Of a DNA stretch of 64,000 nucleotides, positions 13,975 through 28,800 are shown one piece after another (positions within the stretch are counted from its first letter, which is position 1; every line of letters starts with the position of its first letter). Source of the DNA: Isurus oxyrinchus (lineage: Eukaryota); the NCBI GenBank assembly GCA_026770705.1, contig JANJGN010000017.1, positions 55,800,001-55,864,000 of the forward strand. The letters run 5' to 3'. Made by a program: the position numbers and the translations under genes. The notes under the pieces were generated by a model that did not search any database, was not told the DNA's origin, and worked only from the letters and a program-made list of their open reading frames with translations.

Positions 13975-14590
13975 GTGACAAAAAGAGATAGGGGAGGAAA
14001 GTAGAGGCTCAACATCAAGCTTTGCTGTGTCCAAGAATGTGGGTAATGAGTTTGAGACTCTCCAATATAAAGTATTATTCATGTTGTGATCAAACCTGAG
14101 CTTTAGATAGCAGCAAGGGAAGAATTTGAAAAGCGTTTCTTAGAGGGAGCTTCAACATTATAGATGTGAGAATCCCATTTGAGGTAGGAGATAGTGAGGT
14201 TACGGAGGTCATTAAGTTGTTTTGACTAAAGAAACATAAGCCTTCATTGAATAATTGAAAGAAATTAGATGTTGATACTCATTCAAGGAGCATGGCGAAA
14301 TCCAGACCACGTGATTCAGCCATTGCATTGAGAAGGGACCTGGAGGATGTGTACAGTGGCCTTTGAGTGGAATAATCAGCAAAGGACTGGGTAGGTTTGG
14401 ATGATCAATAGAGAAAGTCATGACCTGAAAGAACAGAGTGGGAGAGAGGATAATGTTCAGTGGAATTAATTGAACAAGAACCAGAGAACAATAGAGCAAC
14501 TTGAGATAGCGATGAATATAATTTGGTAATGGACCATATGGTAACTTGTTCAATGTGCGCTGGGTCAGATCTGAAGATGCCCATCACATT
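13975..14590 (-). mobile_element. Old L2-like fragment
   Basis: Purine-rich + strand. The minus strand shows degenerate GPLLI.PL and WLNHVVW L2 RT-like segments. Confidence 0.45.
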
Positions 14591-17500
14591 GACCAGGGGG
14601 TACCTCTAACATAAGCAGTAGAATTGTCAGTGAAGTAGCCATACCATGAAAGTGGAAATTACTGCTGCAGCAGACTATTATTCTAGCTTCAAGGCATGTT
14701 ATTAGATTAGAGTAGCAGAGCTTTGCTTTGGGGCAAAGCCAGGCATGTTAACTGACTTGGGAATTCCTGATGCTGGGCGGCAAGATGGGATAAGTGTTCT
14801 CCTCTCAGTACTTGCATGCTCTCCTTTGACATCTACAAATTCACTGCCCATCATTTAACTCCAATTGTCTTAACCATTTTAGAGCAGTGGTTTTTTTTAA
14901 ACATTTGGGTAACGACCCCTGCAAATATTGGTGTAATTCTGCAGACCTTTTGTCCCAATTCCCAAAGACAGTATTAGTAGCCCAAAGATGAACAGAGCTG
15001 CCTTTGCACAAAAAGACTTGGCATTAGTGCTGGTAACAGAAACAATGTTTGACAAACAAAAGAGTACAGAAAAGACATTAAATGTAAAATTCTCAAGACA
15101 TGCTGGTTCAATTGGGTACAGTAGTGCTGTCAGTGGTGAGATGTGCATACTTCACCTTGCTTGATAATCCTTGGGGCACTGACTATGGTAGCAATTCAGA
15201 GTTAATTTTTTCAGTATTATCAGAAAAGCTCATAATGATCATAGTGGCCTGGCCCATACATAACTGGCAGTCTGTGTGACCCATTGCCGCCATTATGGAT
15301 TTTATCTTGCACTCCAGGTTTTATTTTTATAGGCTGCTTTCTTCACAGCAGGATCATCAACAGGCACTGGAAACAATTTAATGCATATACAAAAATAAGT
15401 AATTTGCAATCCTAGCCATCAGCACAATGCATAGAATAGTACACAACTTCAGCACGAAACACTATTTGACACCATTTCAAATTGATTCCTAATTGTTTTC
15501 TGTTCTGCAGTGTTCTTGCACATTGAGATATTTAACTTAAGTAAGATTCTCTCCTCCTTGTTTCCAACGTAGTACTGAAATAAAGAATTAATTTAAGAAA
15601 ACTTAACAAATGGAATTGTTTTAAAAATATTGACCAAATCATTTAATCAATTTGTAGCCCAGTGGTGATTTGAGTTATGTCTCCATACAGTGAAGTACAG
15701 TGGTATGGAGTTTACAGATTCAGAGCTATTCACTTATTCAAAAAAAAGGCAATGATTTTAACACCAAATGTATGCTGAAAGCAGTGATTGTTTATTAGGT
15801 CCAATCTCACATACTTGATCTTCTCTTGAGCCATAGGTCAATGTGGGTGTGCTGATTTGTACTGTCAGCCAGGGCAAGTGGTCTCCCAAGCGCCTGAACA
15901 AAGGGGTTGGTGGTGCCATTTGTCCTAGAGTGCTGAATGGCAATATTGGCAAATTTCACCCTCCCCCCACCCTCAATCAAATTGGTAGATAATATGAAAT
16001 TACCTTCTGAAGTGCTGTTTGAAAATCTGATTTAGATGAGTTAACATTGCATTTTGTCTTATGCCTATTGTGTGCTTTAATGAATAAGGATGAATTAATA
16101 CATTTTATAATCTTTATTACATTTTAAAGATTATAAATTATGCAGAAAGTAGAAATATTTAGTGTGATGTTGCCATTCTATGATAGAATCATTGCGTGGA
16201 TGATACAATAATCTCGTCAGGTAGCCTTTCGGGAAGGCTGCTTAAGTCTGTGCTTCAGAATTGTCTTTTGGGCTGATTTGGGCAGTAGCGGGTCACGCTT
16301 AAAGATCGAATAAAAACAAAAAATGTAAGTAAAGCTGTGTTTTAATTATACACATTTATGGCTATTTCATTAATTCTTTTTATGGACACTTGGTCATTTT
16401 AGATTGATTTGTAATGAGTCATCCTGTTGTAAAATGGACTTTTAATTCTTGCAGGATTTTAAGAACAATTGCATTTTTATTTTTAAAATTATATTTTTTG
16501 AACTTTGATTGTCTATCTGTATTTTTTGTTGTTGATGACTAAAGTTGGACTCTGTTTCTTTCATCAGGACAGCTATGGTTGCAGTCTTACGTCAGTGTCT
16601 GCACCTAACCTGTTCAGTACAGGGGTATGAAATTACTACATTTCCTTCCAGTCAATTTTGAAACCATGCATGACACTATGTTGACCTGTGCTTGTCTTTC
16701 ACCTGTACATCTCTTTATTTGAGCATGCTGAGCACAATTCATATTACTGTACTGACATTAGAACATTAAAACACCCATTTGATTGCAATAAGGGAATGCA
16801 TTTGAACTCTCACTTGTCTTTAATCCCTAAAGCACATTTACCCAGTCATTTAAGCGCTTTGCATTCATAGCAGAATAGTAGATCAAATATTCCAATGGAA
16901 CCTCTTTAAAAAATGTTTGTAATTTACCTCAAGTTGGTCATTATAATTTTGCCAATGTTTAGAAAGTAATTACATTTAACTTAAAGGTAGATTTTTACAT
17001 GACTATTACAAACTGAATTGGGACAGCCCAAACTCATTTTCATTTACTGGGCTCATTTGGTGTATTGGTACAAATATGCTATAGGAAGTGTTATATTTAA
17101 ATTGGTGCACTTTAGATGTTCCAGTATCTTTCTTGTGTGACGCTTTTGATTCAGAAACAACTCAAGCTTGGAAGAGTTAAATCAATAAGCTAATTGGAGT
17201 ACTAGATTTTTTTTTCTTCAATTTAGCATGAAAATATCTTCATGTACCATCAGAATTTGCTAATATTCTAATGGCAGTGCAGTGTAAGATTCTGTCTGCC
17301 ATTAAACAGAATAAGGAGACTTTCATCCTATCAGTTTATGTTGGATATGAACCCAGGTTCCAGAAATGAAAGCCCACTGTCTAACCTCCTGTGTTGCTCA
17401 GTAACCACAAGCTGCTGTCAATTGTAGCTCCTTTATCTGCATAAGTACAGTAATAATGAAATTTCCCCTGCTGATGGGAAGAGAGCAGTTCACTTTCCCA

Positions 17501-18359
17501 CCTGCTACTTTAGCTTGAAACCACACTTGTTAATTTAATTTATCAAATGCAGTTGAATGAGCTTTTCTTGGATGTTGGAGATAATATTTCAGCTTGACTA
17601 CATTACTCCTAAGTAAAATCTACACAAGGGTTTGCATGTGCTCTCATTCTGTGTAATTGTACTACATCTTAAATTTAATTTACAAAAAAAATCTCATTCG
17701 CAAAAAATAATCCTCAGTAGTGCTAATTAGTGAAGTTAAATGCCCAATCCCATCACATTTTATGGCAGACCATTCAACATAGCTGTTAAAGGCGCACAGT
17801 GGCTCAAGATGAGCCATTTTGACATTTAAGGCTTTTTTTTGTTGAACAGAAATTTGAAATGAGTTCTTGGTGTTTAACAACAAATCTTGTTTTCTAATTC
17901 CAATTCTTTATCTTGGGATTAATGACCTTTGGCCTACCAGTCAAGTTTAGGTCTCATTCTACTGAGCATTAATACATACTAGCAGTTTCTAATTCGAGGT
18001 CATCAGCTTTCTTTTGTCTTGCTTGCAAATTATTCCAGATTCAGAATGTTGAAGAATATTATAAATGTATTTATATTAGAAAGGTGTTTTATATTATAAA
18101 TCCATACTTAAAATAGAATACACCAGGCACAGAAGGTTCCAGGAGCATCCGTGTATATTTTTGCTGATGTGTTTATTATGTAAATACAATATTGTTTAGG
18201 CTATATTATTGGAATTTCTCAGCTAAGGTTAGAGGAAAGCATGATACCTAGTAACTCTTGAGCTGAAATTCCATTGGAAAGATTTCTGGCATACATCTGG
18301 TTTAACCATCCACCACCAGAAATTGCTAGACCAAACGTTAGTTCAGGGTCATCCTAGAA

Positions 18360-20390
18360 ATTAAATATACCTTCCCCAGCTCCCACCACCCCATCTTCCC
18401 CACCCCCCACAAGCTTCTTCACTCCACAACCACAACTATCTTTTTTAAATCCCTTTTCCACGTTCACTTCCAACATTAGGTACTCAAGGACTTATTTGTC
18501 ATTGATTAAATTTCCGGCCCCTTCCCCTCTTCCCCATGCCCAGAAAACCAGGGCTAAGCTAAGATTCCCCTTGTCCTAGCCTTGAAACTGCATAATCTTC
18601 TCTTCTCTCCCATCTCCATTCATACCCTCGCCTTGTACAGGCTCTCATGCCCCCATTTCCATTAATTTTTCAACTGTTGGCCTTACCTTTCTAGCAGGTA
18701 TTATAAATGCTTCTCTGCTTTTGGGTACTGTTCTTTTCCCTTTCGAAAATATCATATTCACACACTCCTCAAAACCATCAATTTCTCTCTCCTTGCAAAC
18801 CACTGCCCCATCTAAAACCTCCCTTCCCTCCCAAACCCTTGAATGCTTTGTCACCCTCCATCTTTCATGTCGCCCCAATGTTTGAATATCTTCCATGAGG
18901 TTTTCATCCATACCTCAGCATTGAAGAAGCCAGATTCAGTCACAAATGACAGCTTCTGACAGTGACAGTGTACTGTATCCATTCTTGACCTTTCTGTAGC
19001 CTTTGTCATGTTCAATCACCCTCTCCTCCTTCAGTGCCTTTCCTCTGTTGGCCAGTCTATGGGACTGCCTTTCCTTGTGTCATGACCATGGATCATAGCC
19101 CTGAATTACTTACAGACATATTGAACTTTTAAGTAAGATTTTTTTTTTAAAATAAGGACATACAAGCAAAAACTGGCTGAGACTGTAAAGTAACCACTTT
19201 CTGGAAAATTCCTATGTGGATTACACTTGACCAACTAGTCCAGAGAATGGAATGTCACATCTAAAAAGGTGTCAAGGCCTACTTCAGATAGAGACACTTC
19301 AAAGGAAAAGATGTAATGCAAAAACTGAACGTAATCTCTTGTGGTTGGGGAGATAATGAAGGCTGATTACCATCTCAGCAGGAACCATTTCCTGTGAGAT
19401 TCTGGACATGATGCAAGTTGAAAAGGAAGCAGATCTAGGCAAAAGACATGTTTTTTTCCCTTCCAACAATACACAAGAAAAGGGGTTAAAAAGCAAACTG
19501 CAACCCTAGTTGTATGTGCTGGTTTTGGTGTTCCAGGCCTGGTGTGTGCGAGGGTGTGCTGTGAAGGTCACAGCTGAAGAGCATCAACCAGGCATCCCTG
19601 CACTTGCCGGTAAAAAATTCTCTGCCTGATTGCTGGAAGCAAGTCACAAACCACAGTCAAAAAAGGAAACAGGACAACTCCTTTCAGCTAACCTGCAGAA
19701 CCAAGAATATCCAATTGCCCAAAGTCAGCTGTTCCAGAATCATCCAATTTAATGGCTTGCAACATTTCATCATCTACTCCTCATGGACCAGCCAAAGACT
19801 GATCGTATATCTTTTTAACTTTTATTTCTGGACTCACTTCTCATTTCTAATCTGTGTTTTTATTTTTTTTCTCATGTTTTAGTAACTGATAAACTCACTC
19901 TTTCTTTAACTCAAGAAAGCCTGGTTAAATTGGCTCCTTTTAAAAACAAATACATTTAGACTGGGAAAAGGTATGCACAAGGGAAGGGATCCTTTTTGAA
20001 TTAACCTTGTTGTGACCAACCAAGGTAGTTGAATAAAGAAGGGGAGCCTGTTTGCTTCACCCCTCACCTGAGAGCATGACAATTTTGGGTATCTTGCCTA
20101 GGATCATAAATTGGGGGAACCTCTCCTGGGGACTGGTCATAACACTTGGTTCCACTCTTAGCTATCCAATTGTAGCCAGAACATCTCTTGCAATGGCTTC
20201 TCTCACCCTTGCACTGTTACCTCTGGAACTAAGGAGCTATCTTTAGTTCTGCCTTTGACCAAGCTTTTAGTCACCCCCCTCCTAATCCCTTCCTTAGACT
20301 CGGTGTCTATTTTTGACTGGTTGCCCTTTCGTGAAGCACCATGGAACTTTGTTCTACATTAAAGTGTTTTATCATTGTATGTTGTTGCTT
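18360..20390 (+). mobile_element. L2 fragment interrupted by a solo LTR
   Basis: CTTGACCTTTCTGTAGCCTTTG (LDLS.AF), and GGGACTGCC..CTTG|GTTCCACTCTTAGCTATCC (GTA..WFHS.LS) continuing across the LTR. L2 tail ~20330-20390. Confidence 0.7.
19078..20144 (+). mobile_element. Solo LTR (Gypsy/ERV class)
   Basis: TGTCATGACCA ... TGGTCATAACA inverted termini. Perfect 4-bp TSD CTTG (19074-19077 and 20145-20148). AATAAA at ~20032. Confidence 0.85.
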
Positions 20391-21495
20391 TGTGTCATCT
20401 CTGCGGACCGATTTTAGGATCTTCAACATTTTGCCATGCATTGTTTCTAAATTTACAGGCAAATAAAGCCTGGTCACAATTTCCTAGACGTTAGCATATG
20501 CTATGCTGAATTATATACCAATTTCCTTGATGTTCAGGATGATTATATTATGTAGGAACTTCCAGTATTCTTTTTATAGCATTGGTCTGAGCAATTTAAC
20601 TTTCAGTCTAGACATGCCATCTCACTGCTACTGAAATTGTGCCATTATGTAAAAATACGGCCTTAATTTCAGCTATAGGTGCAGTCATTCCTTTAGAGAT
20701 GTTTTAGTATTAATTCGAATGTTTCAAATGGATAATAGACCACAGATGTCCATTGAAATACTGCAGTTCCAGTACCCTAGCTGTCCAATTGTCACATTTA
20801 GTAGTTTCTCTCTCCTGAATGGTCTTTTGACCTATATTTATGAGGCTTCATATTAGGAAGTATAAAAAAGTGTAATTTTAAAAGCTGTGATGTTTTCCAT
20901 TGAATGGAAATGAATAGTAATCACCAGCTGTTGGACGAGCTGACTGGCACCATACGCTATAATGCGACTCAGTTATTGTGCCATTGTTCAAAATGCTGTT
21001 CATCACATCAAATCATGCTGGTATTTCTGTTTTTGAATAGTTCCTAAATGGCATTATTATTTTAACTATTCATCTACAATAGCTAGTAGGCTTTTTTTGA
21101 GGTAAGTCTGAATATAGAGACGATATTATTCCTGCATTTTTCTTTGTCAGCTTGACCGTTAGGTCTCTGAAGAGTTTAAATGTTCATAATATTAACTGTT
21201 TAATACCAATTAATATTTATAATCTGTGTATATCTAATTTATAATTTATATTAGCATATCTTGTAAAACAAACCAGAAAAACTTGCTCCTAGATGCTACG
21301 TTGAGTGATTCAAGTTGTTCATTTTAAAATTTCTTTGATCAGACCTCTTAATTGTGTAATCACACCAAACAGTGCTAGTAAGCTTTTTGTGATGTTTTCT
21401 AAATTGTTGCACTGGCTGTATTTCTTCAGTTTGATTTCAGATTTCCAAAGTGATCAGGAAAACAGTAGATGCATATTAAGAGGGGAAAGCTCAGG

Positions 21496-22299
21496 TGTTA
21501 TGACACAGCAGTTAGCAAAGGCTGAGTTGTTTAAATCCCAGGGAAATTTAAACAACTGTCATAACCTATATTTTCAGTTGGTATGTTTGAGTTGCAGCTC
21601 TGAATTCCGTAATAAGACCACCAAGCCTCAAGAGGCTTATTTTATATGAAACTAAATTAAACATTGATTAATTTAACAGCTAATTAAACACACACATGTC
21701 TACAAATTGCTACCATAAAAGCTTCTAAACAAATTCCCAAATTAATCATTCCAAGGTAAATCTTCATTAAGGCAACAATATTTAAACAAACACTAGGCAA
21801 AGCACATGTGATCTTACGAATTCAAAATGAGGTCCCTTGCAATTTGGTTCCTTTGCAGACAGTTGTAGGGTTTCAGGCTGGTTAGATGTTAAATGCCTCT
21901 GACCTGCACACACACAACTCCTTTCGGTTTATACCTAACTTCCCCTATGAATGTAAATTTTCCATTGTTTTACTCATTCATTTTTTAATTTTACATCTCA
22001 AGAATCCTTTCATTCCAATTTTATTAGTAATATAAACACATTGCTTGGTGTCTCCAGTTAGGTGCAAGATTTTACCCATTTTTTTTGAATAATTTATTCA
22101 ACAAATGCAAATTGCACTTTACCTCCTTACATTTATCTAATTAACATCTCAAAACTATAATACATCAAAGCACTCGGACTAGCTGGCTTTAATCCAGTTA
22201 AGCCGCACACAGACGCACCTGTACACACTGACCCTACTACATATCCAATTTAAAAATAATTTCCAATAACATTATACACATTAATATCTCTTCATAACT
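21496..22299 (-). mobile_element. Solo LTR family 2, copy A
   Basis: TGTTATGA...TTCATAAC(T) termini with flanks CAGG/CAGA. Colinear with 56320-57100. Strand is tentative. Confidence 0.75.
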
Positions 22300-22469
22300 C
22301 AGAGAAGTACTGTTATTATTCAGGCTTAGAAGGAAATTTTAATGAAAAATCCTGAATAAATAGCACTAAAAATTGTTAAAGTAATATTTTCTACAGAAAA
22401 CCATTCTTTATATACACTTCTTGACCTTCAATATAAAAGTCACAATCTAACAAGGTAAATGGTAGAGAG

Positions 22470-22745
22470 TTGAAACCTCATGTTACTAAGGGTTGCAATC
22501 TCAATAAGGGGTGGTCCCATTTAATTAGGACTGAAATGAGAAATTTCTTCACTCAAAGGGTTGCAGATCTTTGGAATTTTGTATCCCAGAAGGCTGTGGG
22601 TGCACAGGTATTTAATATATTTATGACAGTGCTTTGATAAAGGATATGGGGAAAGTGCAGTAAGGTGCGGTTGAGGTAGATAGTTATTATTGTGTTGAAT
22701 GGTGAAGCAGGCTCAAGAGGCTGATGCCCTACCTCTCCTGTAACT
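22470..22745 (+). mobile_element. CR1 3' fragment
   Basis: AGGACTGAAATGAGAAATTTCTTCACTCAAAGGG...CCCAGAAGGCTGTGG. Confidence 0.75.
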
Positions 22746-23214
22746 TATTACAATGCAGCATTACAATGATGTGAAAGTGGTTTGCTACTGTGTCATTAAA
22801 ACGTTTTAATATTTAGTGATTGTTAGCACCTTAACATTACTTCTGTGCTATCAAATGAAAAGCATTATTGGGGAGAGTGGAAAAATCTACTGATTTATTC
22901 TAGCTCAAATGAAACAAAAATAGTTGTTCCAATTGCTACAGCCACTACCATATTTCAACCAGGCATGGCAAATATTGGAATCTGCACAAAATAGTATCGC
23001 TCTTTGCAGAGATAAAGAAAGTAGGCTTATAATTGCAACTGTCTTGGGGCCAGCATAATGTGCTTGATTGACTACTGTCAGAACAAATGTCTTAAAATAT
23101 TAATCCTTTTTAGTCATCCATGGCTATTCTTTGTGGCAAGTAGTTCTCTTTCCCCTTAAGGGTATAAACTGGCTCTGTATCACAGATTATTTTTGAACAC
23201 CTAGAATTGATCAC

Positions 23215-23710
23215 CTGTCATTTTGCCCATTAACAGATTTGTTCACTTTACTTTGAGCAGTCTGTCTCATCACATTGAAGTCAGCCTTGTCTAAATCTGA
23301 AATCTTGGTTTTGCATTTCTTTCTTTCAAAGAATACATTGAACTTGAACATGTTATGATCACTATTGATAAATGTTCGTGTAATGGTAGGTTGTTCAATA
23401 AATCTGGCTCATTATTCATTGCTAAATTAAATCTACAGATTTATGGCTTGTTCCCTTGTTCATTCTAGGATATATTGTTGCAGAAAACTAACCAGAACAC
23501 ACAAGAAAAAGCTAGTCTGTTTTCCCAATCTATATGCAAGTTAAAATCCCCTATTAAACCCATTCTGCTTTTGCTCTCTGCTTATCTAATCTCTGCATTT
23601 CTACACTCTACCATTTCACAGCAGCTACTGGGAGTCTGTACATAATTCCCACTATGGTCTTAAATGCTTTTCTATTTCTGTTTTTTAATTCTGTCTGTAA
23701 AGTTTGCTTC
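23215..23710 (-). mobile_element. Old CR1 endonuclease-region fragment
   Basis: The minus strand reads IVGIMYRLP, GDFNL and SDHNM-like motifs. Confidence 0.6.
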
Positions 23711-25720
23711 CTATTTATTTCTGAAGATTTATAGGCAAGATGGAAATGACCAAATAGTATAACAAAGCAGTGCATCACAGCAAAAATTAGGAGGAAACAT
23801 GTCATAGTATGTCAGTGATATCACAAAACATGCAAGCATTGGTACTAGGGCAAAAGTCACCACCAATTAACATGGCGCAAAGAGATTTCCTTGGATTCAT
23901 TTGATGTAGAAGAGAACTAATTCTGACAACTCCCGAGTATACTTACAATGTAGCTCAGTACATCTTTTAACCATGGAGGCTAGCTCATCCTGTTGTCTAA
24001 AAGAAGCACTAACCCAAGGGTTTAAAATCCCTTAAAACTTGCACCACAAAGGGAAGAGACAGCCTGCATGCCAAGGAAGAAAGATCAAACAGAACCTCAT
24101 AAGCACTATATTGCAACCTGATCACGGAAATTTCCCAACTGACTGCCCAGAACTCCATCACAAAAGCATAGAAATCCAAAGATATTTTTCATAATTCAAA
24201 ATGTGTCAAACATCAATTGTTTTGCATTGACTATCTATTTTCTGCGTTAATTATGAGGAAGTACTAAACATAGAGTTGAGTTTTTTCTCCTACTTTAGTA
24301 ATAAACCTGGTCTTGACTTGCAGTGCAGACTTGCTGTGAGAGTAGTCTGCATACCTGGCAGGCACTAGGCTCTAACTTTGCTCAAATGATAGATATGGAA
24401 TCAAATTATCCCACATTCCTATCAAGACCATGAGAATCGGTTAATGGTTACAGCTGTTTGATGTGGCTTGGAATTTGATTATTTTAAACAAATGCAACAA
24501 TGTAACTTTCACTTTGTTTGAATGTTCTTTGTAAGCCTTTCCTATATTATTTCTCCCATTTTAAAAAGAAAAGGTGAATCTATCTTGACTCTACAAAATG
24601 TCTATCCAATGTAGTTCTCTACCAATCTCCACCATTCTGTTCTCCCCAGGAAAATACTTATGCTTTTTGTCATTATGTGTATGCTAGCATGTTTTTCCCC
24701 ATTGAACCTGCTTATGTTTCCACTTTTCCCATTTTTCTTGTTAATTTATTTTGCTAAAATTCACATTGGGAAGTTGAATATTAGTAATAACCTGTTGAAG
24801 GAATGTCCAAAATCAAAACAAAAAACCCAAGTTATTTCCTATATTCTGTGTTCTGCAGTTTTCTTTAAAATATAGCTTCAAGCTTAAGGGTTGAAAAATA
24901 AATCGTCAATCTGAAAAAACACTGCCTTATTCTCATACATATCTAATTAGAGTCTACTCTGGATTGGAAAATTTGTACTTGATTCATATTGTTACCTAAT
25001 TTAGCCAACATAAATAACACAACATAATGTAAGCGCTTAAAAAAATACTTAATTCAAGGTTGCTTAATTCTAATTTAACAGGATTGGCCTTGGTGTATAT
25101 TTGCAGGTTAACAGAAAATTGAAGACGAGCAAAATATTTTATGAAGCATGTTAAACAGATCACATTACTTTCTGTTTTTGAATTATTGCCCAAAAAAACT
25201 AACACAATGAGTTATCTGCTAAAATGTCCCAAAGAGAGCACCATTAAACTTAGCATGCTCTTGTGACGATTCAAAACACAATTGTGCTATAATCAATGGA
25301 ATTAAGACTGACTCAGAGTTATGCTGCTGAACAAAAAACATATATGCCATAATTATTGTAGAAAATTTGGGGCAGGGGGTGATGCTTCTTGAATTGGATA
25401 TTTTTCCACTTTCAAATGAATTTATTTTAATGAATGCACCTTGACTATTCATTTTCAGGATACATTTTATCAGGAAAAAATAACGATATGTCCTGTTATT
25501 GAAAGAATGGTACCTTAAGACAAAACTACAGAAGTGATTACAAATTTTGACTGTGACTGTCAGAAATTACTGGCCAAACTTTTGGTCAATTTTTCCAAGC
25601 CCATGGTTGTTTTCATTTCCTTTTATTTTAAAGGGGGGAGCTAAGCTCTTTGATCAATTTGTATTAAATTGTTAAAGGTATGTTTTCAATGTGTTGATTT
25701 CTTCTTTCTGCTGAAAATAG

Positions 25721-25836
25721 GAATATGAAGCCCGAATGGGCCGAATGACCAAAACTCCACTCCAATCTGCACGGCGGCGAAATCTTGAATTTGAGCCACT
25801 GTCTACTACAGCACTTATCCTAGAGGATCGACCAGC
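25721..25836 (+). CDS. TBC1D12: TBC1D12 coding exon (first one visible in the window)
   Basis: AG|GAATAT...CCAGC|GTAAGT. Encodes [38 protein letters not shown](A). [15 protein letters not shown] is the TBC1D12/14 signature. 116 nt, phase 0 to 2. Confidence 0.95.
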
Positions 25837-28800
25837 GTAAGTAAAGTTTGGTATACAGCCTGCAAAAATGATTGGTGCACTTAATTCACGTTTGGGCTTG
25901 TATTCCATAAATGTTGCCATATAAACTATGCTAAGGCTCTGCATTTTAGTATCTAATCCTGTTATCACTGTATCTACTTTTACAAGACTTTTTCTGGGAG
26001 AGGATGTCAATTCTTGCAAATCTCAAACTTGACATTACTGTGAAAATGTGGCTGTGTTCGTAGCATTCAAGCCAGATTCTATTCAATAGTTATATATAAA
26101 GAACCTATTTCATTCATTAGTTGGTTCATGGAACACAAGCCATTTTAATGTCTATCCCTTTTGGGTTTTGTTTCTTTTTTACGCATACTGCTCACCATAT
26201 ACAACAAGTAAGCAGAACCTCATTCCAAGTAGCCTTGTTATGATTTTAGCTAGGAACATCCTTACAACTCTGCACAATCTTAAAACTTTGAAGACTTTCC
26301 ATCTTCCTCCGCTCCAACTATTCCGAGGTAAAATTTTCAATTACCATCTCTTGACTGTGGATCCCTCAGTCCCTTGGTTCAGGTTACTTTTCCAACACTT
26401 CCAAGCTAGCCTGATGGCTTTCATTACCACAAGGCTCTGTGGAGGGATCACTGTAGATTCTTCCACTAGGTTCAAACTAGGCAAACTTGCAACTTCTGTT
26501 CCCTTACAAAATTCAAACTGAGATCAAGCCTTACTCGCATTCCACATGGCAAACAATGAACTTACTTTTTTTACTCTACTTACAGTGCAGGTCTATCTAA
26601 CTGTCATTTACCTTGACTATCTTCTCTGTCAGCTGCAAACTGCACACACCAGTTCCAAGCTGCAGCTACTACTTGATGGCTTTGTGTCCATTTATATGGC
26701 CATAACTAGTTTCAGTCTGCCCACAAGTTTTGGTTTCCAAAGCTCAGGTTCAGTTTTAGTTTCCTAAGTGACTGGGAGGGTGAGTTTCCTTACTATGTTT
26801 CTCTTTTCTGTTTCCAGTTAGGTCATGCATTGTTTAAGTTTCTCCTCTTGTTTTATAGCTCTATCTCTCCTACTCTTACCTTTTAAGTGTAATAATCTTC
26901 CAACTTGTTTATGTTGTATTGATCTCATTTTCTACAATTATACTAAAAGGTATATTCTGAAACACACAAATCATGAGCTAGATATTTGGAACAACATCAT
27001 GTCAAATGGTATGAGTAATTATAACAGGCAAACTATTTGCATAAATAATCTGAGTACAATTCCTCTGTACAAACGTGCCTTGGTAATTGGCCCAATTAAT
27101 ATGGAAATTTAGCCCTGTCCTTGTTGAATTTACTTTAAAGGACTACCTCAAGATGAAAGTTGTGCTGGATTTTAAAACCACAGGATGGAAGCAGTTTGCT
27201 TTAATTTCTGTACTTTTTGATTAAGCTAATTTAAAGTTTCTTTTATAACAGCCTGTTTAAAATGCTAGTGTTGTAAAGTACCAATAGTCTACCAATGCAT
27301 TAATGACTTTATAGATTGAACCATTGTATTATAAAAGTATCCGTCAACTATCTCTAGTGGCCAGCTCCTATAATACTGAATTTTGATCTTGGAAAAATGA
27401 TGGATATGTAAGAAGACAATACAGCTTTATTACTTTATCTGTTTAACCAAACTTGATGCCTTCAGAGAAGCAAGCGTTTTGAGCTCCATGGGCTCATGTT
27501 GACCAAGTCAGAAGGAAGAAGCTCCATAACACAAAACAATCTTACATTATTTCCATGGTACAGGACTTGACACAATTGAAAATATGTTGCAGTTGTGTAA
27601 GCTTTAAATGAAGGATGTCTAAAAGTTAGAAGGGTAAATTATCCAAATGTGGACTGTTTCTACATTGTACAGTATAATACTTCATACCTTTGCTTTCGTA
27701 AATTGTGAATAAAGTTGAATATTTTAGTCCACACAAAGTGGGCCCAGACTCCACCTTCCAGACTGACAGACCAACAGCTTTGCAGTTAAATAGGATCACT
27801 GGTGACCCTGAGTTATGCAACCAAAAATGCAGACTTTTCAACCACAAAGGTGTGGTTGCTTACAACTATTGAAATAAAAATACTTTTTAAAAACCCCAAC
27901 AGTACAGCAAGTTTAACTTGTATATGAAAAAAGGTATCAACCTGATGTGGGAAATGAAGGGTTAATATGATTACTATGAGTTACACTCATGAAGCAGTTT
28001 CACTGTAATTTTCCATAACCTTAGCTTATACACTTGGCCTGCCTTTTCAAGATGTGTTTTGCTAGAGATGAAGTCACTGCAGCCAATAAGCCGGAGCTGT
28101 TTTCTACATTTCATGCTGTCGCACTAGCATGCTTACCTGTGAGAATATGATCGGACATGTTTACCTGTGATACATGGACGGCCACGAGCAGACAAAGCAC
28201 GTTCAGGCATGTGGCCAGCTGAAGTTGAATTGTGTATAAATGTATGTTACTGTAACTGCTCTTTGAGAGATTCAGCAGCTTGAATCTTCCCTGCATGCTT
28301 GTAAAAAAGCATCTGACTTTAACCATCTCTGTTGTGCCACAACAGAACCTATGCATCCACTTTGTGGAAACAATAATAAAATGACATGCTTTACTAATAA
28401 TTGTCTTGAGGACTTATTAGATAATGCCAACAGCCAATAAAACTTGGCTTCTTTTGCTTTTTGGTGCCCCGATGGTCTTTTGGCCAAAGGAAGAAGATGC
28501 TTCCCAGTTGAATTGGCCTGGAGATTTTCATCAGCATTCACCAGATAGAGAAAAAAAAGTCATGTTTGACTCTCAGTTTATGAATTAGCAATCTGTTACT
28601 TAAGTCATCCATGGGCCTTTCAAAAAATGTATGAAAATGGAATTTAAAAAAACACACTTCCAAGGGTGTATGTTTTTTCATATTTTTCATTTACAATCAT
28701 TTATGGGCCTAAATTTTGCAGTCAATGATGCAACAAGGGTGCTCACCACTGACCTTGTTGAGAGCTGTCCACAAAGATCTAGTGATCTGAATTGTGTGGG

